This document shows positions 38,301 to 50,610 of a stretch of 64,000 nt of DNA, piece after piece (position 1 is the stretch's first letter; the number at the start of each line of letters is the position of its first letter). The notes below the pieces were generated by a model that was given only the letters and a program-made list of their open reading frames with translations, had not been told where the DNA came from and searched no databases. The translations under genes were made by a program, and so were the position numbers. The stretch is from Strigamia acuminata (Eukaryota), in assembly GCA_949358305.1 (NCBI GenBank), contig OX442314.1, positions 20,026,001 to 20,090,000 on the forward strand, given 5' to 3'.

Positions 38301-40053
38301 GGAGAAATGGGTTGAAGCAATGAAGAGTGAGATGGATTCTCTTCACGTCAACAAAGTCTGGAAACTCGTCAAGCGGCAACCCCACATGAAAACCATACGC
38401 AGCAAATGGATTTTCAGAATAAAATTGAATTCTGACAACAGCATCAACAAGTATAAAGCTCGTTTGGTCGCCGTGGGGTGCTCGCAAAGGCCTGGGATCG
38501 ATTACACGGAAACATTTTCACCTGTCGTCCGAATGGAATCTCTGCGCATTTTTCTCAACATGGTTGCAACACTCAAACTCAAAACCAGGCAGTTTGATGT
38601 AAAAACTGCCTATCTTCACGGAAGACTCAGTGAAGAAATTTTTATGATTCAACCGGAAGGTTTTGAAGAAGGCGACGATGAAGTTTGTCAACTCGAAAGA
38701 AGCTTGTACGGCTTGCGCCAATCTGGGCGCTGCTGGAACGAGCGCCTGGACGAGGAACTGCAGGAAATTGGCCTGTTGCCACTCATTAATGATAATTGTG
38801 TATATATTTACAGAAGAGGCACCGAATTTGTCATCCTTAGCATTTACGTCGACGACATGGCCGCGGGATACAGGGGAAAAACCATTATGAAGTGGCTAAT
38901 GAGAGGTCTTGAAAAGGTCTTCGAACTTGTGGATCTCGGTGAAATTCGCTATTTGCTGGGCATGGAAATCGAAATTACCAATGATGGGATTTGGATTGGG
39001 CAGCAAAAATACATCAAAGAAGTACTCCAGCGTTTTTCTCCGGATGACCGAGCCAAAGCGCTTACCCCTCTTGTCGTGGGGCAGGATTTGGACGTTTACG
39101 GAGAATCGCCGGAGGTGGAGTGCACCATTTTTCAACAAATTTTGGGCTCCATTATGCATCTCATGATTGTGTCACGCCCTGACATTTCCTTCGCCGTCAG
39201 CAAGCTGTCTACTTATTCGAGGAGTCCGAGGCAAATTCATTTCAACGCCATAAAACGAGTGTTGAGTTACCTCAAGCGTACGCAGGATATGCGCCTATTT
39301 TTTCCATCACAAGGGGGAAAACTACACGGGTTCTGCGATGCAAGTTGGAACACGGCAAAGGACGCCAAATCTTACTCGGGTTTCCTTGTCAAGATCGGGG
39401 AAGCCACCGTCTGCTGGAAAACAAGAAAGCAGAGTTTGATCGCGCTTTCAACGTGTGAAAGCGAGACGCTCGCCATGTGCGACCTGCTGAAAACCCTGAA
39501 GTGGGCACGTGGTCTCTTGTGCGAGCTCGGACAAACAGAATCCGTACCCCGAAGCATACCGATCAGTACGGACTGTTTGCCAGCGATCCAGACCATCTGT
39601 GGATCGAACCAACATGGTAGGACCAAACACTTGAACAAGTATTTGATGTACGTCCGCCAAGAGGTCAAGTTGGGGAATGTACACCTGGTCCACGTCCCGT
39701 CAGAAGACCTGATTGTGGATTTTCTAACCAAGGCCGTCCCGATAGCAAAGATGAACATGAGTCGCCACGCGCTTGGAGTCAAATCGATTGAAAGGATTGA
39801 AGATTGAAGATTTATTTTTAAGCATAGTTTTAAAATACGAATACAGTTGTTTCTTGATTTTTTCGTTGAACTTTGTGCGAGCATTCACAATTAACGGGGG
39901 ATTTGTTGGGGTAATTGCGCATGCTCAATCCAATAATATAGTGCACGTCGCGTGCCGTTGTTTCTTTTCACACTTTGTATTATTCTTGCCGAGTAAAAGG
40001 TTGTTTCTGTTTTCTCCTCTTCAAACTGACTTTTTATTCTACGAAATATAACA
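35345..40053 (+). mobile_element. Intact Ty1/copia LTR retrotransposon (copia-3)
   Basis: Identical 150-bp LTRs at 35345-35494 and 39904-40053; TSD GTATG; PBS tggtagcagaggat (3' end of tRNA-iMet) at 35498; PPT aacggggga. Confidence 0.97.
35659..39807 (+). CDS. Copia gag-pol polyprotein
   Basis: Uninterrupted ORF from MADTIAGG: CYECGKAGHIAKNC, DSGAS, HADL/TDNGGEF/AER, YVDD, FCDASW. Confidence 0.96.
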   Translation: MADTIAGGSLNRIDQLNVDNYFVWQYKLEALLSAKGLSGALTEQEPEKPGDPADADYDAKEKAYEKWAKQNSEALGIIVLTISEQQAVCCLGEKHAKAVWEILKKRHAGTTVRKRIDAGIELGKLRMRAEESLDGYLNRALATQAKAKAVGRDTPDQEVVLYASLGLNAKFIHIARDFRSRPDATFDEFRSSLLLEEQLSSSTQGTSAVTTAAFKAVVGKNSGGRKSRTEGKAACYECGKAGHIAKNCWARYPEKRPKTQAKETAKVAQTQAPHHAYVADSSPGGADKKPKHHAFVVVFGDNASRSGWVLDSGASTHMTCRRDWFVTFEEDETIVTTAKQGVELVAKGRGTVVVKCRKSQSEWTEISLLDALYVPDLKGNLLSVFKMTARQYKVFFEKDVANVVDPTGETIAQGTKSGNLFLMETQHENACLADDVSGADQPVAEAGHVSEKELWHGRLCHVGQRTLVKMRDQEVVHGLKFKDEQLPTCSSCVQGKMTKTPFKRIKGKQSQKTLELVHADLVGPFQVPSLSGSRFAMILTDDFSRMKFSYFLKEKSQSFTFFKAFKALNERQTGHELRRLRTDNGGEFVNNEFRGFCEEQGIKHELTVPYNASSNGIAERSNRTLIESTRSLLLESKLPLRFWAEALATVVHVKNRVMTKPNGNVVPAEIWSQRKPTVAYLRIFGCKAWAHVPAQQRRKLDSKARQGIFVGYATDRKAYRVFDPETDDIVEARSVVFDEFTRGADFFRLKRSDFDDQRFCARHEAEIFMDEPTFEKQVDPANANARDVANARDVANARDADVPAHDEEPEPNRPVGRPRGATAEATNLRHELEMREREQHLVETGVRRSQRLMDQREAANLATEELFTPETYAEAMGCPDREKWVEAMKSEMDSLHVNKVWKLVKRQPHMKTIRSKWIFRIKLNSDNSINKYKARLVAVGCSQRPGIDYTETFSPVVRMESLRIFLNMVATLKLKTRQFDVKTAYLHGRLSEEIFMIQPEGFEEGDDEVCQLERSLYGLRQSGRCWNERLDEELQEIGLLPLINDNCVYIYRRGTEFVILSIYVDDMAAGYRGKTIMKWLMRGLEKVFELVDLGEIRYLLGMEIEITNDGIWIGQQKYIKEVLQRFSPDDRAKALTPLVVGQDLDVYGESPEVECTIFQQILGSIMHLMIVSRPDISFAVSKLSTYSRSPRQIHFNAIKRVLSYLKRTQDMRLFFPSQGGKLHGFCDASWNTAKDAKSYSGFLVKIGEATVCWKTRKQSLIALSTCESETLAMCDLLKTLKWARGLLCELGQTESVPRSIPISTDCLPAIQTICGSNQHGRTKHLNKYLMYVRQEVKLGNVHLVHVPSEDLIVDFLTKAVPIAKMNMSRHALGVKSIERIED

Positions 40054-42291
40054 GTATGTTCTTGATTTCATCTTTTATCATACTGCTACTGGTTAGCGAG
40101 TTCATATGACCACTGAAAAAACCTGATATCTGGTTTATCAAGGCCTGAAAATTTCACCCATATGTGCCACAGAACCGCCACTCAATTTTTCACCTGTTTG
40201 CACATCATCATCAACTTCCAGTCATGCCAATTGCTTCTCCTACATCTAAATTAAGTTATTTTAATGCAAAAATGTGACAAAGTACATTAACACATCTAGA
40301 ACATTGTTTTTCATATGATGATCAAATGCTCAATTTTTATTTTTCTCTGCCACTGGTGCTTTGTAATTGTAAGACACATAAAAATAGTACAAGACGTGCC
40401 CAAAAGCTGTATTATATCTGACATTTTACCTGCTACTAGCCTAGCACATGTTACCAGGGCACAAATGTCATTTAGTTCTGATCAATGTGCAACTTGTCCA
40501 AAACAGTCATGTTTCAGCGCTCACAACAGCCTTTTTTGGAGACATTTTACTGACAAAATATCTATAATTGAAAGATTTTATGCTATTCTTACTAGCAAGA
40601 TCATATTTACATAAAACTATTTTGTGAATGTAAATATTTTTACATTAAAATACAGAGTATGAAGATATTTGTACCATGTGCAAGCTGGTATGAGAATATA
40701 TGAATCAAATGTTACTTTGAAATATGCTTCTATTTTTATTAATTCAAGCCCGATTGCCATGAAATTTTGTTTATACTTTCTTCAGATGTATCTATTTAAC
40801 TGCTTAAAATTTCAAGATTTGATTAAAACTAGATTTAATTTGAGGTTGATCCGAATATTTTACTTTTATCAGTTTCACAGGAGTATGAGGATATATGGAT
40901 TTGACTAGTAGATGGGGTTGAAAAACTAAATTCCAAAATTCCTGATATTTTTAAAAAAAATTATCTAATGATATTAATGATCATGAAAGTGGTAAATAAT
41001 AAAATTCTAATCATTTAATAATTGATTTATATTTTTATTATTTTTTTATTTAGATGATGTCATATTACAAACATTATTCTTGGTAGTCAATGCCTTAAAT
41101 GAAAAAACAAATTTTTTTATTCAGAAACTAGAAGAAAATGTAAGTTTATTTTATAATTCTTCTTTAAATAAATATACTAAATGTTTCATTTTTGTTTAGA
41201 TTCCTACAGATATTATACGTATTGCATATGATGGTGACTCTCCATTTTGTAACAATTATTATACATGTATAATATGTGAGGGAAAAAAAATTTTAGAAAC
41301 AGAGTTCTAAAAATGCAGTTTTTTGTTTTTTTGCTCTGCATTATATTTTCAATATGCATTACAACAAAAAAATAAAAAAAAAACCTGTATTTTTTTCCAA
41401 CACCACATTTTTGAAATCCTGAAAAAAAAATTACCATTAGAGCTCGTTCAGTTCATTGAGCAGATTGAATAAAAGTAAACAAGTGACTTTAATGGCATTA
41501 ATGACACTCTAAACCAGAAACTATACTCTGGTTCGACTCAAGAGTATGCCCTTCTAAAAGCCGCATCACTGGTGTAGTGATCCAAAAATGTAGTAATAAT
41601 CATAATAAAAATAAGAACTACTTCCAGAACTACTTCTCCTAGTGGAGATTCTTTACCTATGGTAATACAGACTGGAGTTAGGAGTAATGCGGCTCGGCCA
41701 ATGGGAGAAGGGTATACTCTTGAGTCGAACAAGAGTATATTAATCAAAACTATAAGCTTTTCTGTTTGGTGATCAAAGATGATGGTTTGGATTTATTGTT
41801 TATAGCACTATTAATTTTACACCCTTAAAGTGCTCTTTAGAAACCCTTTTTATTTTCCAAAGGAGTATTATTTATACCCCTAAAGTATCATAATTATTCA
41901 GGTGGTGTTATTAAAACACCCTAAAGCAGGGTGTTAAAAAACACCCTCAGAAAAAAGTGTTTTTAAAACACCCCTAGAGAGTGCAATTCTGTGACAAGGT
42001 AAAAACGCCCTTAAATGAAGTTATTTACACCTAAATTTTTAAAAGTGAGTTAATTCTTGAAATTAATTCAGTAGAAATCCAGGAACGCAGCAACTTAAAA
42101 AAAAATTAGTAAAGAATTGTAAGAAATTATCAAGTTTAAAGAATGCTTAATTAGCTCCACTATTCCCATTAATACATATCCTATTATTTCTTCAAATTTA
42201 TAGCCAATTAAAATTAGATGAGGTATAGAACAAAAGAACATTAAGTTAAAGTTAGTTTAGTATGATAGTATCATATGTGTGAACTACCAGG

Positions 42292-43392
42292 ATGTTCACA
42301 TACCTCCAAATAGCAATTTTTTCAGTTATTTTGATGGTCACATTGACAAAGGTAATGCGTGTTACCAATTGCTTTTAATATCTGTTTCTATACTGTATAT
42401 ATTTCTTTGCATAAATTTAATTTTTTTTACAGAGTCAATACATACCAGAAAGAAATAAAAAACATCAGCATGACACAACAAAAGCTGTCTTAGATGTTAA
42501 TTTGGATTTAATTGATGAAAAAGGATCGAAAATAGGTTAAAAAAACTAAAAAATTGTTTACCATTCAAAATTATAATATTATTTTAGGCTATGATGGAAC
42601 GGCTGGTGCCGACATAGAACCACCCCAACGTCGTAAACACCATCATAATCACCGTCAAAAGTCCAAAAAAAGTAAGTACTCAGATGAGGAAGATAAGGTT
42701 GCAAAGGGTCAAAATCAATACCAACAAGGCAACAGACAACCGCAAAGCCAACAAGGCAACAGCCAACAAGGCAACAGCCAACAAGGCAACAGCCAACAAG
42801 GCAACAGCCAACCGCAAAGCCAACAAGGCAACAGACAACCACAAAGCCAACAAGGCAACAATCAACCGCAAAGCCAACAAGGCAACAGACAACCTCAAAG
42901 CCAACAAGGCAAAAGACAACCACAAAACCAAAGTGGTAAGAAACAACTGGGAAGTTCAGGAGGAGGATTCAATGCAAATATAAACCAAAATAATAAATTT
43001 TCACCTACATTTGGAAATATGGGAGATATTGGAAGTATTGGCGGAAGAGCTGCAGGAAGAGATGGAACGAGTTCAAAAATAGAAAGATATTTAGCTAACC
43101 TTTCCGAAGATGACATTGCTAAGTTCTTGTATAATGGCATTTCAACATTGATAAGACATGCTGACCAAAAACACAAAGGTTCAACACAACCACACAAACC
43201 TGATTATTTCTTTGATTTCCGTCAAATTTATATCCCTACCGACAGCAGGTATCATACGATGTTTTCATTGTATTAATGTTGTGACTAAATTGAATTTTTT
43301 ACTTCGTTTAACTTTTTTAACTTTTCAGTGATAGTTCTTCATCAGAATCAGATTCCAACAGTGATGAATCTGTGAATGGCGGAATATGGTAA
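42292..43392 (+). CDS. Secreted repeat precursor, member 4 (1 cassette, long QQGN(S/R)QPQS array)
   Basis: Exons 42292-42351 (MFTYLQIAIFSVILMVTLTK), 42433-42535, 42588-43248 and 43329-43392. Confidence 0.85.
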
Positions 43393-43579
43393 ACGGGACG
43401 TAAAGAAGTAGTGCCATAAATTATCATAAAATTCCATTTGTTCCCTTGATTTTGCATATGTAACCCCTTAAAAATTAAAATAAACTTGTTCTCAACCTAA
43501 AAAGACATGGTTTATTTCCATCAAACCTAAAAACCTACAAAATAGTAATTATAAGGTTTTCCAATATAAATAGTATAAA

Positions 43580-45110
43580 TGTGATCGCTTGGCCACCCAC
43601 GGTGACCTGCGACACACCATACCGCCTGGTGGCCCTTAGACTGTCCCCCTTCGCAGGGTGGACTGGCCCAGCTAGGGAAGAAAGGAGCTTAGTGGTGTGG
43701 TGGGAGAGAGACGGAGCCGAGAGAGCAAAGGAAGGATGTGCGGTAGAGAGAGAGAAGTGTGTGCTGTTACGATCCGGACGTTGGCAAAGGCAATTGTGCC
43801 TGTTGTTACTCTGCTCCTCTCACCATTCACCACTGTGGCGCTCAGTGACATGGCTAGGAGCCTGTTGCATCCTCCACAAGTGGCCACATGGATCGTACGG
43901 GTAAGTATGATAAAATGTCCGTTGGTAACCGACCATGTCACCCATGGGTTCGTGCCGTGTATGTGACGGGACGGTTGCATGCGCTACAGCACTGCCACAC
44001 ATGGGTAGATGGGAGATTCCAACCCCTAGACAACGATTAAGGGCCAAAACCCAACAATCTGAAGTCCCTGTCTCGTTCTTATGTGAGTATGCATTCCTCC
44101 GGCGATAGTCAAATCCCCAGACTGTCGTGGTTGAGATCATACCAGTCACATAAATTGGCCTTGTAAACTTTCAAATGGTGCCAAAACTTGAGATTGTGTA
44201 TATTGATTCCGGATAGAACAGCAAAAAATAGAGATTTGAAAGGTTAAAAATGCAAGATGGACGCCCTCGACCAATTGCGCACCCAGCAAGAGACGTTTCG
44301 AGCAGAAGCCAAATGACTGGTAAATACAATTATTGTGAAATTGGCGCCTTAAATCTTGAAGCCCATGCATTACGACAATTGAAAAACCAGTTGCTTACAA
44401 AGAGTGAGCAACTGGCAGCGCTCGACGATAACATATCACCATTGATTGTTAAACGCGTGGATTTGGAGAAAGAAGGCGGCGACACAATGAAGAATATCCG
44501 GAAAAGCTAATTGATTGCAAATTGGACAAATTGTTAAATCCACCAGCAGCAATCATCTACCCAGTAATTCCAAATGGTGGCAGTTCTACGACTAGTTCCG
44601 GCGAATGGACGATCAAACTACCAAAGCTCGTAATGGCAAAATTCAGTGGGCTGAGTGCTCATGGCAACACTTCACTCACCACAAAAGCCAAATTCGTGTA
44701 TTTGAACTCGTACAGCAGCAAGTCGTGCGTGGTCTCAAAATCAGCGATGAGAACTATGTAGAAGCAGTGAACCGCCTCCAAAACCGTTTTAGAAGAAAGG
44801 AAATCATCATAAATGCTCATATCCAGACGCTCAAGTAGTTGAAACTGGTGAAATGAGTGAGTGACCTCATCGATCTGCACAAACTTTAGAACATGTGCGA
44901 ATTGCACTACCGTAGTCCCGAAAATGAGAAGATAGAAGCTGCAACGTTTGGAGTATTCCTGTGCCATTATTGAGAGCTGCCATGCCAGACGTCATTGCTC
45001 AAGGTTTTTCTAGAAAAAATGTTGATAATATCCATGACATTAAAGCATTTCTAGAATTTCTTAGGGCGAGCTAGAAGTGCGAGAACGATACACGACCATA
45101 GGTAATATAC
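43580..45110 (+). mobile_element. BEL/Pao retrotransposon remnant (putative LTR + degenerate gag)
   Basis: TG...TCA segment 43580-44173 followed by PBS-like tggtgccaaaac; frameshifted IKLPKLVMAKFSG and ENYVEAVNRLQNRFRRKEIIINAHIQTL, typical of BEL gag. Confidence 0.7.
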
Positions 45111-46310
45111 CAAGCGCAACGTGTAATTGTCGGGATAATTAGGTCAGCACGAATCTTCTTGCCTGATAAGATCACGGGTGATCTTATCTGACAAGAAGAT
45201 GAGTGCTAACCTAATCCTGACAATTACTCAAGGTGTAATTACCGAGGTGTATTTGATACGAGAATTTACCGATAGAAAATAATGTAGATAGTGAAAATGA
45301 GATAGTGAAAATGAGACAGTGAAAGTGAGATAGTGAAAATGAGATAGTGAAAATGAGATAGTGAAAATAAGATAGTGAAATTGAGAATTAACCTTGAGAT
45401 TAGGCCTAACAAAACAACAATCGTTCTCTCGACCAATCCCACGGCATTTGACATTTGATGCTTGGTTCGTAAAGGCCCCACCGTGGGGCGCCAGCACCAG
45501 AAAAATTACCGGGAAGAATGCATGGCGCCAGGAATTTCTTCCCAGTAAGAACCAATCAGACGTCAAAAGCGGTTTGTTATGCGCCTCGGGATTGGGCGGG
45601 AGAACGATTGTTGTTTTGTTAGACCTAATCTCATTCATAGTTATTTATAGCCCAAGCTAGTGGTAAATTCTCAAAATAATACAGCAATATTCAAAATATT
45701 ACTGCAGGATTTGGCCAGAAAATCAGCCAAGTGCGCATGTGTGGTGCATGCCTGGCACACTTTGTGCCTAGCAACGGTGCTCATTAGGAGCTAGCCATAG
45801 CAACCCCCTAATTTTGGCAGTATGGTTGATATGCAGCAGCAATGACTTTTTGTTAACAGCTAACATTTAGCAATATTACGTAAAATGAGTATTTTATTTA
45901 CTCAGACAAGATAAATCATGTAATTATTTCAACAAACAATTCATTAAATACTTTAGTGTATAAATTGATTCCTCAAATTATTAATTTCTAACATTTCCAA
46001 ATAATTAATAGGGACAGTAAAACAATTTATTTAATATATTAAATAACTTATACCATTAATTCGTTTTACTCCAAATCTCCCAAATAAATAGGGACATTTG
46101 GAATGAAAACAAACTATAAAGAAACAATTTTCTTATCATTTCATCCTGTGCAATATAAACCTTACATAACATTTATTGTTAACATGTATTCAGGTTTACT
46201 ATTACGGATTTAAGCAAATTCTAATTTTAATTATCAGCTGATAAAAAAGTGATGTACACTAAAAAAAGTAAGTTTAATGTGGTGGCCATCAGATGTTAGT
46301 CGCCCCCAGA

Positions 46311-47771
46311 ATGTTTAAAAAGATTCCTACTGCAATTTTCTTGGTCGTTTTTATTGTCACATTGACAAAAGTAATGAGTAATAATACTGCACAATTGTAT
46401 TGAATTTTTTTTAAATTATTTATCTTCGTATAAATTTAATTTACAGAGTCAAAACATAGGTGGTAAAAGTCCTGATGACGACAAAAACGTAAAACCTCGA
46501 AGAGGAGGGGAAGGCTTTGACTCCACCATACAAGCGCGTGGGCAAAGTAAGTAAAACTTAAAAATTGTTAACCAATTTCTGCCAATTCTAAAATATTTCA
46601 AACCGCTTTGACATCACTGTATTTGGACGAAGTAAATAAAACTTATTTTTTTGCCAATTCTAATTTAAAATAATATTTTAGGCCAAGAAAAACGTCAACA
46701 TCGACATCACCCACACCATCATGATAATCATCATCACTCCAAAAAAAGAAATTATCCTGACAGAGTGGACGTTCAAAATCAACAAGAAAAAGACAGTAAA
46801 CAACTTGAAAGTACAGCGGGGGGTTTCAGTGCAAACATAAATCAAACCAATAATTTCTCACCCACTTTTGGGAATATAGGAGATATTGGAAGTATTGGTG
46901 GAAGAGAAATGTCGTCACAACTGATAATTTCAAGAAATGGATCGAGTATAGATTTAACTCAACGTAATACATTCTCACGCACGTTTGGAAATATTGCAGC
47001 GGTTGGAAATATTGGTCTCGGTGCGAAAGAAGTCAACAACACACAACTGCAAAGTTCAAATGGAGGGTCCAATACAAATATAAATCAAAACAATGTATTT
47101 TCACCCACGTTTGGGAATATCGGAAACATTGGAAACATTGGAAGTATTGGTCCTGTGGAGAAAGAAGTCAAGAAGAAATTGTAAAGTTCAGGAGGAGGAT
47201 TCAATACAAATATAAATCAAAATAATTTTTTTTACACAAGTTTGGAAATATTTGAGATATTGAAAGTATTGGTATCGGTGCGCGAGAAGTCAACAGACAA
47301 TTGGAAAGTTCAGGGGATGATTCAATACAATTTTAAATCAAAATATTGAATTTTCACCTAGCTTTGGAAATGTTGGCGATATTGGGAGTATGGGTGGGAG
47401 CAGGGGCGGATCTAGCTTTTCGGGGCCCCTTTATCACAATTTTTAATACCTTGCCTTGTTTCTTGGGCCCCCCCTAAAATTTGGGGGCCTTGGGCTCAAG
47501 CCCCATTAGCCCTATGCTAAATCCGCCGCTGGGTGGGAGACAGATGAACGGACGCCTGCAAAGTTCAGGATTCAATACTGATGAGTGATGACGTTGATGT
47601 GAGAGAACGTATAATAGGAAAAACGCTGGATTGAAAAACTACGCGATTTATACAAATTATTTCCTGAAATCTGAATTGAAATTTTTCTTCCCGGAAAATT
47701 CGGCACAGGCACACAAAACTGAATACGGTACTTTTTGATTTTCATAAAATTCACATCCCTAAAGGCCACAG
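46311..47771 (+). pseudogene. Member 5, truncated or pseudogenised
   Basis: Exons 46311-46370, 46447-46546 and 46682 onward are open until TAA at 47182-47184 (position of E in QLESS). After that come frameshifted cassettes, a MITE and an eroded YFFDF domain. Confidence 0.8.
47401..47531. mobile_element. hAT-type MITE inside member 5
   Basis: caggggcggatctag...ctaaatccgccgctg; 8-bp TSD ggtgggag. Confidence 0.85.
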
Positions 47772-50047
47772 GTTGCACTTGTTTATACATATCACTAGCT
47801 GCATTCAAAAATTAAAATACTTGTGTTTTAACAATTTTAGTTTAAGTGTATTTTAAGTTTAAATTTTGAGTGTGAGAATTTTAACTCTATTTTATAAAAT
47901 TGACAACATGTGAAAGCTTTAACATACATCTTTGATCACCTGATATGTAATAAATTCCAAAATGTAGCATATAATACTCTCCAAGTGATTAGAAAGTAGT
48001 ATGCATTGTTGGAATGCTATTATTTTTAGTAAGATTTAAAATTTTTATGCCTTGCTACCGGTAGTAGAAGGGAGGAAGAAATTTTAAAAGAGTATGACCA
48101 ACTGCCACCAGAGGTCATTGACAGCATCAATTCAAAGATGGAGTGATTGGACAAGAAAGAAGAAAGAATTAATAAAGCATCTAAGTAATATTTATTATCA
48201 ATCTTAGTTAGAAAAATACCAAAATTTATGGTTTGAATAAGAATGGTAAAAAATTAAAAAAACAATTTAAAAACAATGTTCACATGTGAGTTACCTATTT
48301 TCATGAAAATTCTTCAGAAATTAAAATTCAAAATTTTTGTATTTATGTTTTAAGAGTGTGTAGCACAAAAATTTAAAATATAACAGGAAGTGATGTGATA
48401 AGTTGTGAAGTGATGTCATATAACTACAGATAAAATTTTAATTTGTGAGTGCTTGAATTTTAACTGAATTTTGCTTCAATTTTCATAAAACTTTGTATAC
48501 AAATGTAATGCATAACTACACTTCAAATTGAAGTAAAATAGAGTTTAGTGAAATTGTATTTTAGTTTGTATTTTAACCAATTTTAGTTTTATAGACAGGA
48601 AATGATGTCATTTTTGTTTTAAAATGGAACTAAAACACAAAATATTTTAATTTTTGAATGCAGCTAGTGTGTCGTTTTTAGCCTGTTATAAAGTTTACAT
48701 ACCTTGGTTTTCGTCCGCTATTCCTGTTTCGTCGTCGTTTACCTGCTTCTTGCACATTAGCAGTTTTCGGGACGCCATTTTGTTGAGGCGCGGCTCTGCT
48801 GCTTTCGAGGCTGACGAGGTTCTGAGAAGTTTTCAGGCCTTATCGCAAGTGGTTGTTATTTATTACTAAGTTATGTTTTTAGCAATCGATTAATTTCTAT
48901 AGTTTGTATCTTTTACTTCTGTTTGTTTTCGTTAGCAATTCCGAAGTGACGGCGGTGCTACCCGCCCATTGGCTGAATGTGTTCGCGTTTATTAGTTTAT
49001 GTTCTTTTGAATATTTGTGACTCGAAATTAATTAAACTCGGTATGATTTAACTGTATTTGCCACTTTGATGATATTTACGACAGTAGTCGTCCTGCTGCT
49101 TACTTTTAAGTTGGTTTTTGACGCTGTTCTGTTAGACTTAAGCTATTGCTTGTTATTTGGAGTTACGGTATTTCTGCTGGACCGTTTTTATTTGCGCTCC
49201 GCATTTGTGCCTTCACACGGCTTTCTTAGTATTTAACACCTGCCTTTTTACAATGGAGTTGTTACCTGTTTAATTCACCTGCTATTCTTCTGCAAGTGGC
49301 AGTTTCACTGTGTGTTTTGTTGAGTTAGTTGTTGTATTTTTTTCGTTGGAATTAAACTATGTTTTTATTGCTCTTAAATTACATGCCAGATTATTTACAA
49401 ACCAACATGTGTGAGTAGAGCAAGCAAGCTCCTCCCTTTGGATCACGGATTACAGGCACATGTGATATTCTGTATTGTGTAGATACGCCACTAGATGGCG
49501 GAATATGTACGGCGACACCTGGTGCACGGTGTTGCCTATTATAACACCTGATTAAAGCGGCACTTTATGTTAGTGCATCACACGACACACTTCGTCCTTC
49601 TTTATTGGAACTCGCTACACGACAGCACACAGAAGGTTTTCCCTCACAATTCAGTAGCGAATCCAAGATATTTAACGTCCTCAGATTTCAAGGCTTTCTT
49701 CGATCAGTCTGCTCTCATTTTCTTTCGCGTCAGTGTCCTTGGTGCTGTAAAGAAACACCGCTGTCATATTATGATTGTTTGAGTTGTCAAAAACTTTGCA
49801 TTTTAGTTCAACTTTAACCCAACAACAAAATTCTATCATAAATTAATTTTTACAGTCTGCAGTCTCATTAAAAGCGATAGAAACCGTAATTCCACAAGAT
49901 CGCTTTAGACAATATGTAACTGTAGGGATAGATTGGATATACGAGCGCTTGAACAAATGGAACGCAATATAAATAGACACAACGCAAGATTAACCACCTA
50001 GGCGGATTCTAACAATAAATATTTGTGACGGAATAAAACCGTAACTG

Positions 50048-50610
50048 TCAAAGCGCAATTTTGCGCCAATTCCTGCAGAGCCAAGGAATATTCGGTAACA
50101 GTCTCATCCTGTCAATGGAAACGTCTAATCTTCCCCAAGACGAGCGGCTTCGGGCGGACATTCTTTTGGTAAGTGCCACCAGGTCCGTGTACTTGATTTC
50201 AGCCGGTTTCTTCGGCGCCGTTAAGGGAACCAGTTGTTTGAAGGTGGGCATGCAGACATATGCCAGCAGCGTATGCACCTTTTCTTGATCGTCCTCGATT
50301 TTATTACATGCGAAGATACTAGTCATTCGCATACAATATAGCTCCCAATCGTCTGCTGGATTGTACAAGTATTCCTCACGGCGCTCCCTTCAAGGCGGAC
50401 ATTTTTATAACAAAAGTCGTGAAAATTAAGCACAAACGCGAGAAAATTCGACAAAAATGAGACGATAGGCCTATTTACGGAACAGCGTGGTCAGCAACTG
50501 TCCGGAAGTGGTCAAAAGTTCAATGAAAGTTCGAAAATGGCCCATAAAAACTCAATACAGTACTGCATATGAATGTTAGATGTGGATCTCGATCTTCCTC
50601 GTCGCCAACT
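50048..50610 (-). mobile_element. Gypsy-type LTR retrotransposon 5' remnant
   Basis: Minus-strand PBS-like tggcgacgagg at about 50607-50597, then gag-like DDWELYCMRM..F..N.I...KV..LL.....TFKQL..L.APKKP....Y.DLV. Confidence 0.6.

Larger units (their letters stand above)
34864..40908. mobile_element. Long-TIR foldback element (about 427-bp arms, TA-flanked) interrupted by copia-3
   Basis: 34864-35290 is the reverse complement of 40482-40908; the same spurious ORF MYHVQAGMR appears on opposite strands. Confidence 0.85.

Noticed and set aside
45288..45385. 14-bp repeat gatagtgaaaatga giving FSLSHFHYLI ORFs
   Set aside because: Simple non-coding minisatellite.
49461..49590. Possible solo LTR (TG...CA)
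   Set aside because: No clean TSD or partner LTR found.
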